Shown: positions 23,567-42,215 of the stretch, in pieces
Position numbering within the stretch: the first letter of the stretch is position 1
Layout of the letters: each line of letters begins with the position of its first letter
From: Myxococcales bacterium
GTDB lineage: Bacteria > Myxococcota_A > Polyangia > Haliangiales > Haliangiaceae
NCBI GenBank assembly: GCA_011526095.1
Contig: WYBA01000414.1
Span: 10,622-74,621 of the forward strand
Reading direction: 5' to 3'
DNA length: 64,000 nt
Notes under the pieces: model-generated
Database searches by the model: none
What the model was told of the DNA's origin: nothing
What the model saw: the letters and a program-made list of their open reading frames with translations, nothing else
Made by a program: the position numbers and the translations under genes

Positions 23567-24490
23567 CTACTCCATCCGATCCGGCGGCTTGGTGAAGTGC
23601 TGCTCGACGTCGGTGCGGGCGGTGTCGTCGAGCGTCGGCGGCTCGACCAGCACGTCCTTGGCGTCGAACCGCACCGGCTCCGGCGCGGCGAACACGCCCT
23701 TCTTGACCGTCTTGCCCATCCGTCCGGCCAGGCCCGAGTACGCGCCCTTGTTCGCGGACGCCCAGCTCGCGATCGCGCCGCCACCGCCGTATCCGGTGAC
23801 CGCGCCCTCGACCTTCTTGGACAGGTCGCCGGCGAGCTTGCCGTTGACCTGGACGAACGCCGGGTTCGGCACCGAGCCGGTGTCGAACACCTTGGTGAGG
23901 CCCTTGGCCGAGCCGACCGGCGCGAACACCGCCTGCGCGCCCTTGTACGACACGACCTCGGCGACGGCGGCGTTGAGGTCCGGCTTGCCGACGCGGCCGC
24001 CCCAGAAGCTCGACGCGACCTCGGACTCGAGCATCGCGTTGTCGATGAACCCGTTGTCGTTGCAGCCGGTGTCGACGTGGGCGAGCTTCTTGCCCTCGAG
24101 CGCCTTCATGTCGGCGCCGAGGCTCGAGTAGAGCGCCCAGCTCCGGCTGGTGCCGCCGCCGATCGTCGCGTTGGCGAGCAGCTTCCAGCTCGAGCTGGTC
24201 GCGTAGCACTGGCCCTCGACGATCGCGAAGTCGACGTTGCCCTTCTTGAGGGCGCCGAAGCTGGCGAAGTTCTGGGCCTCGGTCTTGACGCCGGTCGCGG
24301 CCTCGATCGACTTGGCGAGGCCCTGCACGTACTGCAGGCGGGCCTGGGCGTTCGAGAACTCGACCGTCGGGGCGTAGATGCCGACCTTGAGCACCGAGGG
24401 CGCCTGCTGGCTCTGCGCCGGGCGGAACGCCAGGAACAGGCCGCCGGCGGCGACGACGGTGACGAAGGCGGAGATGGCGGCTTTGCGCAT
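23567..24490 (-). CDS. periplasmic substrate-binding protein (PhnD-like fold)
   Basis: Trimmed to ATG 24488-24490 (GGAG RBS). Signal peptide [24 protein letters not shown]...[16 protein letters not shown] is typical of phosphonate/phosphite-type SBPs. Confidence 0.55.
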   Translation of the reverse strand: MRKAAISAFVTVVAAGGLFLAFRPAQSQQAPSVLKVGIYAPTVEFSNAQARLQYVQGLAKSIEAATGVKTEAQNFASFGALKKGNVDFAIVEGQCYATSSSWKLLANATIGGGTSRSWALYSSLGADMKALEGKKLAHVDTGCNDNGFIDNAMLESEVASSFWGGRVGKPDLNAAVAEVVSYKGAQAVFAPVGSAKGLTKVFDTGSVPNPAFVQVNGKLAGDLSKKVEGAVTGYGGGGAIASWASANKGAYSGLAGRMGKTVKKGVFAAPEPVRFDAKDVLVEPPTLDDTARTDVEQHFTKPPDRME

Positions 24491-24507
24491 GGTCGTCTCC
24501 GTTGTCC

Positions 24508-27036
24508 TCAGTTGAACCCGTAGATGCGCTTCTTGGCGTCGATCCACTTCGACAGGTCCTTGCCCGCGGCGCCGCGGGCCTTGGCCTTGGTCCACGCCTC
24601 GTAGGCGTCCTTGGCCTTGCCCTGCTGGTCGTAGAGGATGCCCAGGTTGACCAGCGCCTCGGGCGGCGAGCCGCCCAGGCCCTCGAACACCTTGATCTGC
24701 TTGGTGCCCATGTCGAGCACGGCGCGGTTGTGCTCGATCCGCCGCTTCATGTCCCCGTCGGCGTACTTGGCCGCGGAGCCGAGCGCCTTGGACGCCTTGC
24801 CCTCGCTGCCGTTCTTCCAGTGGTCGTAGGCGACGAACTCGTACGACGACGCGATCAGGTCCTTGATCTTCTGCGCGAACGAGCCGCTGGCGCCCGACTG
24901 CAGCTTCTCGAACTCGGTCGCCGCGGTCTGGCGCTGCGCCGGGGTGCCGGCGCGGTAGTTGGAGTACGCGGCGAAGAACTGGCTGCCGTTCTTGCTGTAC
25001 GGCGGCTTGAGGTACGCGGCCTGGTTGCCCTTGCCGGCGAGCGCCTTGAACAGCTTCGCGGCCTCGCCGGTGTCGCCCTTGTCGAGCGCGGCGAGCGCGA
25101 GGCTGAACTCGAACGCGAGCGGCTCGATGCCCTTGAGCAGCTTGGGCTCGCGCGACGCGCGCTCGAAGTCGCTGTAGGCCTCGCCGCTCTTGCCGTCCTT
25201 CATGTTGCGCCAGCCGCGCTTGAACAGCGCGACTGCGAGGTTGCGCTTGGCGGCCTCGAGGATCCGCGGCTCCTGCTGCGCGAACTGCACCGCGTCGGTC
25301 AGGTTCGACACCGCGGCGTCGAGGTTCTGGTCCCAGGTGAGCGGCGCCCACTCGGTGTAGATCTCCGCCTGCATCAGGTTGTCGTTGAGCTTCTTCACCT
25401 CGCGATCGGCGATCGCGTAGTGCTCGGCGGCCTTCTTCCGGTCCGGCTTGTCGACGCACAGCCAGGTGCGCGCGGTCAGCCGGTGGTAGCTGACGCGGTA
25501 GGTGTCGTTGTCCTTGAGCCCGGCGAGCAGCTTCTGCGCGCGCTCGCACTGGCCCTGCTTGAGATCGACGACCGCGCGGTTGAGCCGCAGCGACGCGTCG
25601 TTCTCGTCGACCTTGCCGGCCTCGGCGAGCAGCTCCTCGACCTGCTTGTACTCGCCCTTGGTGAACGACTGGTACGCCTGGAACGTGATCGTCTGGACCA
25701 GCAGCCGGCGGTTCTGGACGTCGGGCGCGAGCGCCACGGCCTTCTCGAACCGGTCGCGCGCGTCCTTGACCTTCTTGAGGTTATAGGACGCCTTGCCGGC
25801 GACCACGAGCACGGCCTTGCGGGTGGCGGCGGGCTGCTTGTCGAAGTCTTTCCGCCCGGCGAGCTGATCGGCGATCTTGAGCGCCTCCTTGTCGTCGCGC
25901 GTCGCCAGGTGCGCGTCGGCGAGCGCCGCGCCGATCTGGACGTCGCCCGTCTCCTTGTAGCCCGACGCGAGGCGCTCGATCGCCGCGGCGTAGTCGGGCT
26001 TGGGCAGGCTCTTGTACGTGAACCCGAGCTTGATCAGCAGGTCCGTCTTGAGCTGCCCCCGCAGGCTCGGCATCTTCTCGGCCTTGAGGTAGTACTCGAG
26101 CGCGCGCTCGTAGCTGCTCTCCTGGAAGTACGTGTCGCCGATCAGGATCTGGCCCTTGGCCTCCTTGGGCTTGACCTTGGTGTACTCGGTCGCCGCGGTG
26201 CGGGCCCGGGCGTACTGCTTCTTGTTGACGTACGCGCGGGCGAGGTTGAACCACGCCGACGCGTTGGCGTCGACGCGCCGCGGATCGCGCACGATCTTCT
26301 CGCACACCGTGATCGCCTGGTCGTACTTGCCCAGGCCGGTGTACGCGGCGCACAGCCCGTTCTCGGCGTTGACCAGCGCGTGGCGACGCTTGGAGTGCTT
26401 GCGCTGGAGCGTGTCGAACTGCTCCTCGGCGCCCTTGTAGTCGCCCTGGGACAGCAGCGCGAAGCCGAGGCGCGCGCGCGGCAGCACGTCGTTGGCCTCG
26501 AGCTCGGCGGGACGGTGCGCGAGGTACGCCTTGTAGGCCTTGATCGTCTTGGCCGCGTCGCGTGCCGCGTAGTACTCGCCGAGCAGCAGCTGCGCGGCGT
26601 AGGAGCTGTCCTTGGCCGCGACCGCCTTCTCGGCGACGGGGATCGCGTCGCCCTTGCGCCCGAGCTGCCACAGGATCACCGCCTCCTGCTCGAGCAGCTC
26701 GGCCGCGTCCGGGTGGGTCTTGCGCGCGACCTCGCGCAGGAACTTCAGCCCGCCCTCGAGGTCCTTGAGGTTGATGAAGATCGCCGCGCGCTTGGCGTAC
26801 GCGCCGGGCGTCACCTGCGACGGGTACTTCTTGATCGCGCGGTCGTAGGCGGCGCCGGCCTTGCGCCACTCGCCGTCCTCGAAGTGGCGATCGCCCTCGC
26901 GCAGGTCGTCCTCGACCTGCGCGGCCGCCTCGCGCGGCGCGAGCACGACCGCCGCGACGGGCGCGGCGAGCGCGACCACCGCGAGCAGCCTCGCGAGCGC
27001 GCCGATAGTCCTGTTGGCTCCAGATGTCGGTCGCAT
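24508..27036 (-). CDS. secreted TPR-repeat protein (842 aa)
   Basis: Trimmed to ATG 27034-27036. Signal peptide [23 protein letters not shown]. Numerous TPR units (W..A...Y..A....P motifs throughout). Confidence 0.75.
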   Translation of the reverse strand: MRPTSGANRTIGALARLLAVVALAAPVAAVVLAPREAAAQVEDDLREGDRHFEDGEWRKAGAAYDRAIKKYPSQVTPGAYAKRAAIFINLKDLEGGLKFLREVARKTHPDAAELLEQEAVILWQLGRKGDAIPVAEKAVAAKDSSYAAQLLLGEYYAARDAAKTIKAYKAYLAHRPAELEANDVLPRARLGFALLSQGDYKGAEEQFDTLQRKHSKRRHALVNAENGLCAAYTGLGKYDQAITVCEKIVRDPRRVDANASAWFNLARAYVNKKQYARARTAATEYTKVKPKEAKGQILIGDTYFQESSYERALEYYLKAEKMPSLRGQLKTDLLIKLGFTYKSLPKPDYAAAIERLASGYKETGDVQIGAALADAHLATRDDKEALKIADQLAGRKDFDKQPAATRKAVLVVAGKASYNLKKVKDARDRFEKAVALAPDVQNRRLLVQTITFQAYQSFTKGEYKQVEELLAEAGKVDENDASLRLNRAVVDLKQGQCERAQKLLAGLKDNDTYRVSYHRLTARTWLCVDKPDRKKAAEHYAIADREVKKLNDNLMQAEIYTEWAPLTWDQNLDAAVSNLTDAVQFAQQEPRILEAAKRNLAVALFKRGWRNMKDGKSGEAYSDFERASREPKLLKGIEPLAFEFSLALAALDKGDTGEAAKLFKALAGKGNQAAYLKPPYSKNGSQFFAAYSNYRAGTPAQRQTAATEFEKLQSGASGSFAQKIKDLIASSYEFVAYDHWKNGSEGKASKALGSAAKYADGDMKRRIEHNRAVLDMGTKQIKVFEGLGGSPPEALVNLGILYDQQGKAKDAYEAWTKAKARGAAGKDLSKWIDAKKRIYGFN

Positions 27037-27061
27037 CGAATGTCCCCCTTCGTCGATGCTG

Positions 27062-28735
27062 TCAGTGCATCTTGCCGATGACCAGCGTGATGTCGTCCTT
27101 GCGCAGGGTCTCCCCGAAGAACCCGCCCGCGTCCGCCACCACCGCGTCGCGGATCTCGCCCGGCTCGAGCGCCGCCGCGCGCCGCACGGACGCGCGGAAC
27201 CGCTTCTCGCCGTACTCCTCCCCCGTCGCGTTCTCGCACTCGACGATCCCGTCCGTGTACCAGACGAGGATGTCGCCGGGCGCGAGGTCGGTGGTCTTCT
27301 CCTCGTACTTCGACTCGCGGAGGTCACCGAGGCGGTTGCCGCGGATCATCAGCGAGCCGAACTCGCCCTTGCCGTCCTCCCCGATCCGGTAGAGGTACGG
27401 GAAGTTGTGGCCGGCGTTGGCGTACGTGATCGTGCGCTTCTTGGGGTCGATGATCGACGCGAAGCACGTCATCACGAACTTGCGCTTGGCGCTCTCGAAG
27501 ATCGCGTAGTTCATGATCTCGAGCAGCTTCGACACGGTCACGTCGTCGTTGTACTGGCTGCGCGCGACGTCGCACGCCGCCTTGGCGGCGGCGGTGATCA
27601 TCGCCGACGGCACGCCGTGGCCGGTGACGTCGCCGACGACGATCAGGATCTTGTCGCCGACCAGCTCGTGCCAGGTCCACCAGTCGCCACCGCACTGCGA
27701 CGCCGGCTGGAAGTACCCGGCGAGGTGGAAGTTGCTCTTGACGATCGGCTCGTTCGACGGGACGAGCGTCTCCTGGATCGTGCGCGCGACCTCGAGCTCC
27801 TTCTCCATGTGCGCCTTCTCGGCGGTCTGGTGGAGCAGCACGACGATCTGGTCGGCCATGAAGTTGAAGTTCTCGGCGAGGATGCCGAGCTCGTCGGTCG
27901 ACTTGACCTCGACGCGCGCCTCGAGATCACCGCGGGCGATCTGGTCGGCCTTCCACGCCAGCAGCTTGATCGGCTTGGAGATCTGCAGGCCCTGGAAGAT
28001 CGCGAGCAGCGTGCCGATCAGGACGAACAGCGCGCCGACGACGCCGGTGCGGACGGCGGCCTTGTAGGACGCGTCCTCCTTCTCCTTCTCCGCCTCCTTC
28101 GCGAACTGATCGATCGGCGAGACGTCGTACTCCATGACGACGTAGCCGCGGCGGTTGTCGCCCGGCTCGTCGGCGAGCGCGGTCTCCGCCGTCGGCTCCT
28201 CGTTGTAGAAGACCGGGTAGGCGAACGCGATCGCCTTCTTGCCATCCTCGGTCAGGTCGAACGCGGCGGTGGCGACCTTCTGCTTCTGCCACACCTCGAT
28301 CGCCTTCTTCCACGTCACCTCGTCGTCGCGCACCGGCAGGTGCTGCTCCGGCGTGCCGGGGTACGCGGAGTGATCGCAGCCCTGCGCGTTCTCGGTGCGG
28401 CAGTAGCTGATCACCTGCTTGCGGTTGTCGAGGACGTAGACGAGCCGCAGGCTCGCGTCGCGCTTGCCGATGTAGTCGAGCACCGTCTGGATCGAGCCGT
28501 CCTGGCCCGCGGTGATCAGCTCGATCAGCGACGCCGCGATCAGCTGGGTGTTCGCCTCTGCCTTCGCCGTGATGCCCTCGCGATAGAGCTCGACCTTCTT
28601 CTGGGTCGACTCGTCGTGGACCCCGCGGATGTTGATCACGTTCAAGACGCCGAAGCCGACCACCGTCAGCAACACCAGCAACGTCGACGTCAGGATCATC
28701 TTGACCGAGATGCTCGGCCCCGACCGTTTTGCCAT
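27062..28735 (-). CDS. membrane sensor - HAMP - PP2C (SpoIIE/RsbU-type) serine phosphatase
   Basis: Two TMs flank a ~220 aa extracytoplasmic domain. HAMP ISKPIKLLAWKADQIARGDLEARV. PP2C motifs GGDWW, VGDVTGHGVPSAM, YTDGIVE. The start may be ATG 28735 or GTG 28771. Confidence 0.85.
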   Translation of the reverse strand: MAKRSGPSISVKMILTSTLLVLLTVVGFGVLNVINIRGVHDESTQKKVELYREGITAKAEANTQLIAASLIELITAGQDGSIQTVLDYIGKRDASLRLVYVLDNRKQVISYCRTENAQGCDHSAYPGTPEQHLPVRDDEVTWKKAIEVWQKQKVATAAFDLTEDGKKAIAFAYPVFYNEEPTAETALADEPGDNRRGYVVMEYDVSPIDQFAKEAEKEKEDASYKAAVRTGVVGALFVLIGTLLAIFQGLQISKPIKLLAWKADQIARGDLEARVEVKSTDELGILAENFNFMADQIVVLLHQTAEKAHMEKELEVARTIQETLVPSNEPIVKSNFHLAGYFQPASQCGGDWWTWHELVGDKILIVVGDVTGHGVPSAMITAAAKAACDVARSQYNDDVTVSKLLEIMNYAIFESAKRKFVMTCFASIIDPKKRTITYANAGHNFPYLYRIGEDGKGEFGSLMIRGNRLGDLRESKYEEKTTDLAPGDILVWYTDGIVECENATGEEYGEKRFRASVRRAAALEPGEIRDAVVADAGGFFGETLRKDDITLVIGKMH

Positions 28736-28910
28736 GGCTTGTCGATAGTTTACGCCCGTACGGATCGACACGTCAACGAACCGACTGAAACCACCTCGCC
28801 CCGTCGGTCGATTCGTTGCCGGAGGCGGTCGGGGCAGGTGGGCCCAGGGGGCACACGACCGCGCGGCGGCCGCGCGCGCGGCCCGGCATTTCGTGGCCGC
28901 GCGCGCGGTC

Positions 28911-28919
28911 TGATACGAT
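28911..28919 (+). promoter_or_regulatory. extended -10-like TGATACGAT 7 nt upstream of ATG 28927
   Basis: Sequence gtcTGATACGATcgccgggATG. The same 9-mer recurs at 37443-37451 on the minus strand. Confidence 0.35.
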
Positions 28920-28926
28920 CGCCGGG

Positions 28927-29484
28927 ATGGACGTCCACCCCGCGCTCACCCAGTTCCTCGAGCAGTTCAAGCGGGTCAACAACGCGATCGTCGACAGCTA
29001 CTTCATCGTCGACACCGAGCGCCGCATCGTCGACTTCAACCGCGCGTTCTTCGCGATGCTGCCGCGCCAGGTCGCGCGCGGGCTCAAGGGCAAGAAGTGC
29101 TACGAGGTCGTCGAGCTCAACATCTGCAAGTCGGAGTGCATCGCCCAGCAGTGCTGGACCGACAACCGCCACGTCCGCCTCGACGAGATCAGCGGGATGA
29201 TCCTCGGCGACAGCGAGGCCAAGCAGATGCGGTTCATCCTGTCGGCGGTGCCGATCACCGACGACGCCGGCCACAGCGTCGGCGCGCTGGAGATCCAGCG
29301 CAACGTCACCGACGAGGCCGTCGTCCAGGTGAAGTACCAGGAGATGCTCGAGACCGAGGCGCGCGAGCGCGAGCGCCTCGCCAACCAGATCCGCGCGCGC
29401 ACGCGCGAGCTGCTCGAGACCAACCAGCTCCTGCTCAAGACGCAGAAGGAGCTGCTCGCCTACAAGAAGGGCCTGCAGGTCTGA
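28927..29484 (+). CDS. stand-alone 4-Cys PAS domain + coiled-coil protein (185 aa)
   Basis: Trimmed to ATG 28927. PAS ([19 protein letters not shown]). Cys cluster [19 protein letters not shown], paralogous to the kinase PAS. C-terminal heptad-like [37 protein letters not shown]. Confidence 0.7.
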   Translation: MDVHPALTQFLEQFKRVNNAIVDSYFIVDTERRIVDFNRAFFAMLPRQVARGLKGKKCYEVVELNICKSECIAQQCWTDNRHVRLDEISGMILGDSEAKQMRFILSAVPITDDAGHSVGALEIQRNVTDEAVVQVKYQEMLETEARERERLANQIRARTRELLETNQLLLKTQKELLAYKKGLQV

Positions 29485-29617
29485 GCCGCCGGCGCCGCGG
29501 ACGCCGCCGGTCCCGAGCGAGCGCGCGGCGCCAACGAGCCGCCCCCGTCCCGCTCACCCCGAGCAGCGCCGAGCGCCAGCGAGGCGCGTGTCGACGGGCG
29601 CGTCGGCGCCGGCGCGG

Positions 29618-30556
<939 letters not shown>

Positions 30557-30727
30557 GGGAGCTCCGCCATCATGTAATTCCAGTAGGCCGAATTACAACA
30601 GTAGCCGGGAACCACGTTAGAGAAAAGTCTATCCCCAATTCGCCGTGGTGATCCACTGCACCTCCCCGAATTCATGGGCGACCAGCCTCTCCCTGTCGAA
30701 GTTCCGATGTAGGTCTGCACGCGAGCT

Positions 30728-37432
<6,705 letters not shown>

Positions 37433-37442
37433 TCGACGACCC

Positions 37443-37451
37443 ATCGTATCA
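37443..37451 (-). promoter_or_regulatory. extended -10-like TGATACGAT 10 nt upstream of ATG 37432 (minus strand)
   Basis: Minus strand reads ccctGATACGATgggtcgtcgaATGgcg. Confidence 0.3.
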
Positions 37452-37631
37452 GGGCTTACGACGGTTTCGCCACTCCGCGCCCGTCGTGTTGCGCACCCCG
37501 CGCGATCGCGTCGGGCTCGGCCGGCGCCGCTCCGGGTTGCTCGCCGCGTGCGAGCCGCGCCTACCCTCGCCCACGTCGAACGATCGACGTGGGCGCGCGA
37601 CGCTTGTTTGACCCCGTTCGTCGCGGTTCGC

Positions 37632-37637
37632 TATCCT
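37632..37637 (+). promoter_or_regulatory. -10-like TATCCT 8 nt upstream of ATG 37646
   Basis: Sequence tcgcTATCCTctgtgcgaATG. Same hexamer as at 2660. Confidence 0.3.
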
Positions 37638-37645
37638 CTGTGCGA

Positions 37646-38584
37646 ATGACCGCGGCGGCCCACGCTGTTCCTCGCGCCGTATGCGTCACCGGGAGCCTGC
37701 AGCTGCGTCGCACGCTGCGCCGCACGCTCGGCGCCGTCGGCAGCCAGGTCGAGTTCCACGACTCGCCCGACGCGGTGCCCGCGGGCGACACCGCGCTCGT
37801 CGTGATCGACGGCGCGACGAGGCGCGCGCTCGCGCCCGGCCAGCTCGAGGCGCTCGCCGGCAGCGCCGGGCTGATCGTCCTGGGCGACTCGATCGAGCAC
37901 GACGACGTCGTCGCGATGCTGCGCGGCCGCGGCGTCGACCACGTGATCGCCGACGCCGACGAGCCCGACGACACCGAGATCGTCGTGACGTCGGTGAAGC
38001 TGCTGTCGGGCGATCTGTTCGGCCTGGAGAAGTACCTGGCGTGGGGCGTCCGCGTCGGCGAGCGCGTGGTGCGGACCTACGAGGCCAAGCGCGAGGCGAT
38101 GGGCGAGGTGACTGGCTACGCCAAGGAGGTCGGCGCGCGCCGCCCGGTGATCGCCAAGATCGAGAGCGTCGTCGACGAGCTGCTGATGAACGCGCTCTAC
38201 GACGCGCCCGCCGCGGCGGGCGGGACGCGGCCGCCGCCGGTGACCGGCAACGCCGAGCCGCCGCCCGAGGCGCGCGCGGTGCTGCGGTGGGCGTGCGACG
38301 GGCGCTACTTCGCGGTGTCGGTCGAGGACGCGTTCGGGGCGCTGCGCAAGGACGCGATCGTCGAGCACCTCTCGCGCGCGCGCAGCGAGCGCGGGCGGCC
38401 GCGCCCCGGCCACGAGGGCAACGGCGCGGGCCTCGGCCTGTACTTCATCCTGTCGTCGGTGACCCGGTTCGTCGCCAACATCGAGCCGGGCAAGCGCACC
38501 GAGGTGGTGTGCCTGTTCGATCTCAAGCAGGCCGGGCGCGACGCCGACGCCTGCGCGCGCTCGCTCCACGTGTTCGGCGCGTAG
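37646..38584 (+). CDS. receiver-like N-domain + GHKL (HATPase_c / RsbW-SpoIIAB-like) ATP-binding protein (312 aa)
   Basis: This is the only protein-like part of ORF 32900..38584. N-box-like VVDELLMNALYDAP and G-box GNGAGLGLYF. No H-box/DHp seen. Confidence 0.55.
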   Translation: MTAAAHAVPRAVCVTGSLQLRRTLRRTLGAVGSQVEFHDSPDAVPAGDTALVVIDGATRRALAPGQLEALAGSAGLIVLGDSIEHDDVVAMLRGRGVDHVIADADEPDDTEIVVTSVKLLSGDLFGLEKYLAWGVRVGERVVRTYEAKREAMGEVTGYAKEVGARRPVIAKIESVVDELLMNALYDAPAAAGGTRPPPVTGNAEPPPEARAVLRWACDGRYFAVSVEDAFGALRKDAIVEHLSRARSERGRPRPGHEGNGAGLGLYFILSSVTRFVANIEPGKRTEVVCLFDLKQAGRDADACARSLHVFGA

Positions 38585-38612
38585 CGCGGCGCCACGCCAC
38601 GTCGCGGCCTCG

Positions 38613-39925
38613 TCACACGTCGCGCACGATCGCGAACGCGAGCGCGAGCGACGCCGCGATCCCGCCGGCGAGGATCGCCGCGCACGCGACCGGATCCGGC
38701 GCGGTCGCGATCACCGGGCCGGCGCCCAGCGCGGGGTACAGCACGGCCCACGTCGCGACGTACGCGCGCTTGGCGGCGCGCACGTGCGCCGGCTCGATCG
38801 GCAGCGTGCGCACGAACGGCAGCTCGATCGGCCGGCTCGTCATGCGGCGCGCCATCGCGACGCCGTAGGCGATGAAGCCGGCGACGAGCACGCCGACCCA
38901 CGGCGCCGCGGCGGCGGGCCCCGACGCGGCGACGATCCACAGCGCGATCGTCGTGGCCGCGCCCGTCACCATCGCCATCGGGAACCGCCGGCGCATCAGC
39001 CGCGCGTCCTTGGCGTGGACCAGCGCGCCGCCGGGCGCGAGCCGGCCGCCGATCGCGCGCTCGAGCGCGGTCGGGCGGTGGATCTCGAGGTGGGCGAGGC
39101 GCTGGACGTCGAGCGCCGAGACCTCGCGCACCGCCTGCGGCATCACCGCCGGCGCGGCGCGCCGCGCCAGCACGACACCGACGACGCCGGCGCCGGCGAG
39201 CCCGGCGAGCCACGGCGCGGGCGGTCCGACGACCGAGGTCGCGGCGCCCGCCGCCCACCCGCCGGTGCCGAGGATCAGCAGCACGACCGCGGCGGCCGCC
39301 AGGCCGGGCAGCCCGCCGAGCCACACCGTCGGGGGTGCGCGCAGCTCGCCGCCGCCCATCGCGGCGACGAGCGCCTCGGCCTTGTCGCTCGCGACGATCG
39401 CGCCGCCGGCGAGCGCGACCGCCGGCAGCAGCAGCGCGGTCGCCGTCGCGACCGCGCCCCACAGCGCGAGGTGACGCGCCGCCACCTCGGGCGCCTCGAG
39501 CGCGAGCGCGGCGGCGCACGGGACCGCGACGACCGCGGCGCGCGCGGTCGCGCGCAGCGTCCGGACCAGCGCGACGTCGAACAGCGCGCCGCCGGGGATC
39601 GGCAGCCGCGCCCACAGCGGCGCGTCCGGGCGCCAGTACATGCGGAACGACGTCCCGAGCATGACCCACAGGTGGGAGACGCCGAGCGCGAGCAGCGCCA
39701 GCCGGCTCGCCGCCGCGACGTCGGCGCGCGCCTGCGCGGCGACGGCGGCGGCGCCCCCGAGCCCGGCGAGCGCGATCAGCGCCGACGGCAGCCAACTCGC
39801 GCGCGCCGCGGCGCGGCGGCGCCGCGCGTCGAGGTCGCCCCACGCCAGCAGCTGGCGCGCGGTGATCGGCGCCGGGGCGGTCGTCGAGCCTCGGTCCCGG
39901 CTCGACGCGGTCGACGCGGCCGGGC

Positions 39926-39929
<4 letters not shown>
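38613..39929 (-). CDS. polytopic membrane protein, putative permease partner of the upstream ABC ATPase (438 aa)
   Basis: Trimmed to GTG 39927-39929, which forms a GTGA overlap with the ATPase stop. At least 8 hydrophobic helices. No family recognised. Confidence 0.55.
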
Positions 39930-40681
<752 letters not shown>

Positions 40682-40709
40682 AGGCGCGTGCGTAGCACCC
40701 CGGCGGGGA

Positions 40710-42215
40710 TCACCAGTAGTAGATGATGCGGTAGATGACGCGGGCCTGCCCGCCCGCCGGGACCGTGGTCCGCATCGCGACCTTCTGCGGCCCCTCCTTC
40801 GTGATCGCCGCGCCGACGTTGTGGTAGGGCAGCGTCCAGTTCAGGCCGCGGTAGAGGTGCTCGCGCACCGTGACCTCGACCGGGTGGTCCGCGGTCGAGG
40901 TCAGCGTGATCTCGAACTCCTCGATCAGCCGCTTGCCGTCCTCGTCGAGCGTGTACTCGCGGCGCGTCCGCTTGCCCTCGACGTGGCCGGCGCGCCCGAC
41001 GGCGATCGACGTGGTCGGCGAGACCTCCTCGCTGCCGGAGCTGGCGCGCTCGAAGATCCGCGCCTCGCCCAGCGGCGTCAGCGCGCCGCTGCGCGTGCGC
41101 TCGACCAGGCGGACCCGCCCGGCCGGCAGGCCCTCGGGGATCCGCGCGGCCTTGAGATCGACGTCGAAGCTCTGGGACACCGCGGTCGAGCGGCGGTCCA
41201 GCCCGTAGTCACGGGTGCGGATCGGCTCCTTGCCGGTGAGGTTGCTCTCGTCGCCGACCGGGTCGTAGACGAGGGTCGCGCGGGCCGGCAGCTCGTGCGC
41301 GGCGCCGAGCAGCGCGACCGCCTGCGCGCCGAGCGCGACGTCGACCGGGAACGGCAGCGCGGTGCGCGGCGTCGCCGGCGCGGCGACCGGCGCCGGCTGC
41401 TCGGCGCGCGGCTTGGTCGGGTCCGCCACCTTCTTCGGCGCGCGCCCACCGTTGCTGCTGGCGCCACCGGCGCCGCCGCCACCGCCGTCGAGATCGACCA
41501 GCTTCACCGGGCGCTCGCCGTCGATCAGCGTGATCGCCGCGTCGTCCCACGCCAGCCCGGTGGCGTTGTCGATGCCGAGGTTGCCGTGGAGCTGGGCGCG
41601 CCCGCGCCGGCTGTCCATCACCAGCGTGTAGTCGGCGCGCCACTTCAGGGCGCGCGTGACGTAGACGACCTCGAGCTCGACCTCGCCGGCCTCGCCCGGC
41701 GTCGCCTCGAGCTCGATCGCCGCGGCGTGACGCGCCGGCGCGCCGCCCGCGAGCCGGACGACGTGGTGGGGATCGAGCAGCGCGTGCAGCCCGCCGCGCT
41801 CGTCGACCAGGACGATCTGGTCGGGCGCGACCTCGGCGAGCGTGCCGCGCACGACGCGGTCGCCGTCGCGGACCTCGATCAGCTCGCCGCGGGTCAGCGC
41901 GGGCGCGCGTACGGTGGCCGACACCACCGCCGCGGCGCCGCGCACGACGCGGATCTCCAGGCCGCCGGCGTCGACGTCGACCGGCAGCGGGACGACGACC
42001 GTGCGCCGGCCGGTCCCCGCCGGCGCGACGTGGCGCTCGCGCACCAGCGCGCCGTCGCGGTACAGGGTCAGCGCGGCCTCGCCGGTCGACACGTCGCCAC
42101 CGGCGCGCGCGGCGCCCGGGCCACGGGGCCGGGCCGCGCCGCCGCCGCCGCACGCCGCGACCGCCACCGCGGCGGCGAGCGCCGCGCCGCCGCTCCGTGC
42201 TGCCGCGCGCGTCAC
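40710..42215 (-). CDS. DUF4139-like lipoprotein (about 501 aa)
   Basis: Trimmed to GTG 42213-42215 (GTGA overlap with the upstream stop). Lipobox AVAACGG. Paralogous to the upstream gene (LKWRADYT vs LRWDADYT; C-terminal YRIIYYW vs YTVQYSW). The DUF4139 call is from memory of the family. Confidence 0.65.
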   Translation of the reverse strand: MTRAAARSGGAALAAAVAVAACGGGGAARPRGPGAARAGGDVSTGEAALTLYRDGALVRERHVAPAGTGRRTVVVPLPVDVDAGGLEIRVVRGAAAVVSATVRAPALTRGELIEVRDGDRVVRGTLAEVAPDQIVLVDERGGLHALLDPHHVVRLAGGAPARHAAAIELEATPGEAGEVELEVVYVTRALKWRADYTLVMDSRRGRAQLHGNLGIDNATGLAWDDAAITLIDGERPVKLVDLDGGGGGAGGASSNGGRAPKKVADPTKPRAEQPAPVAAPATPRTALPFPVDVALGAQAVALLGAAHELPARATLVYDPVGDESNLTGKEPIRTRDYGLDRRSTAVSQSFDVDLKAARIPEGLPAGRVRLVERTRSGALTPLGEARIFERASSGSEEVSPTTSIAVGRAGHVEGKRTRREYTLDEDGKRLIEEFEITLTSTADHPVEVTVREHLYRGLNWTLPYHNVGAAITKEGPQKVAMRTTVPAGGQARVIYRIIYYW

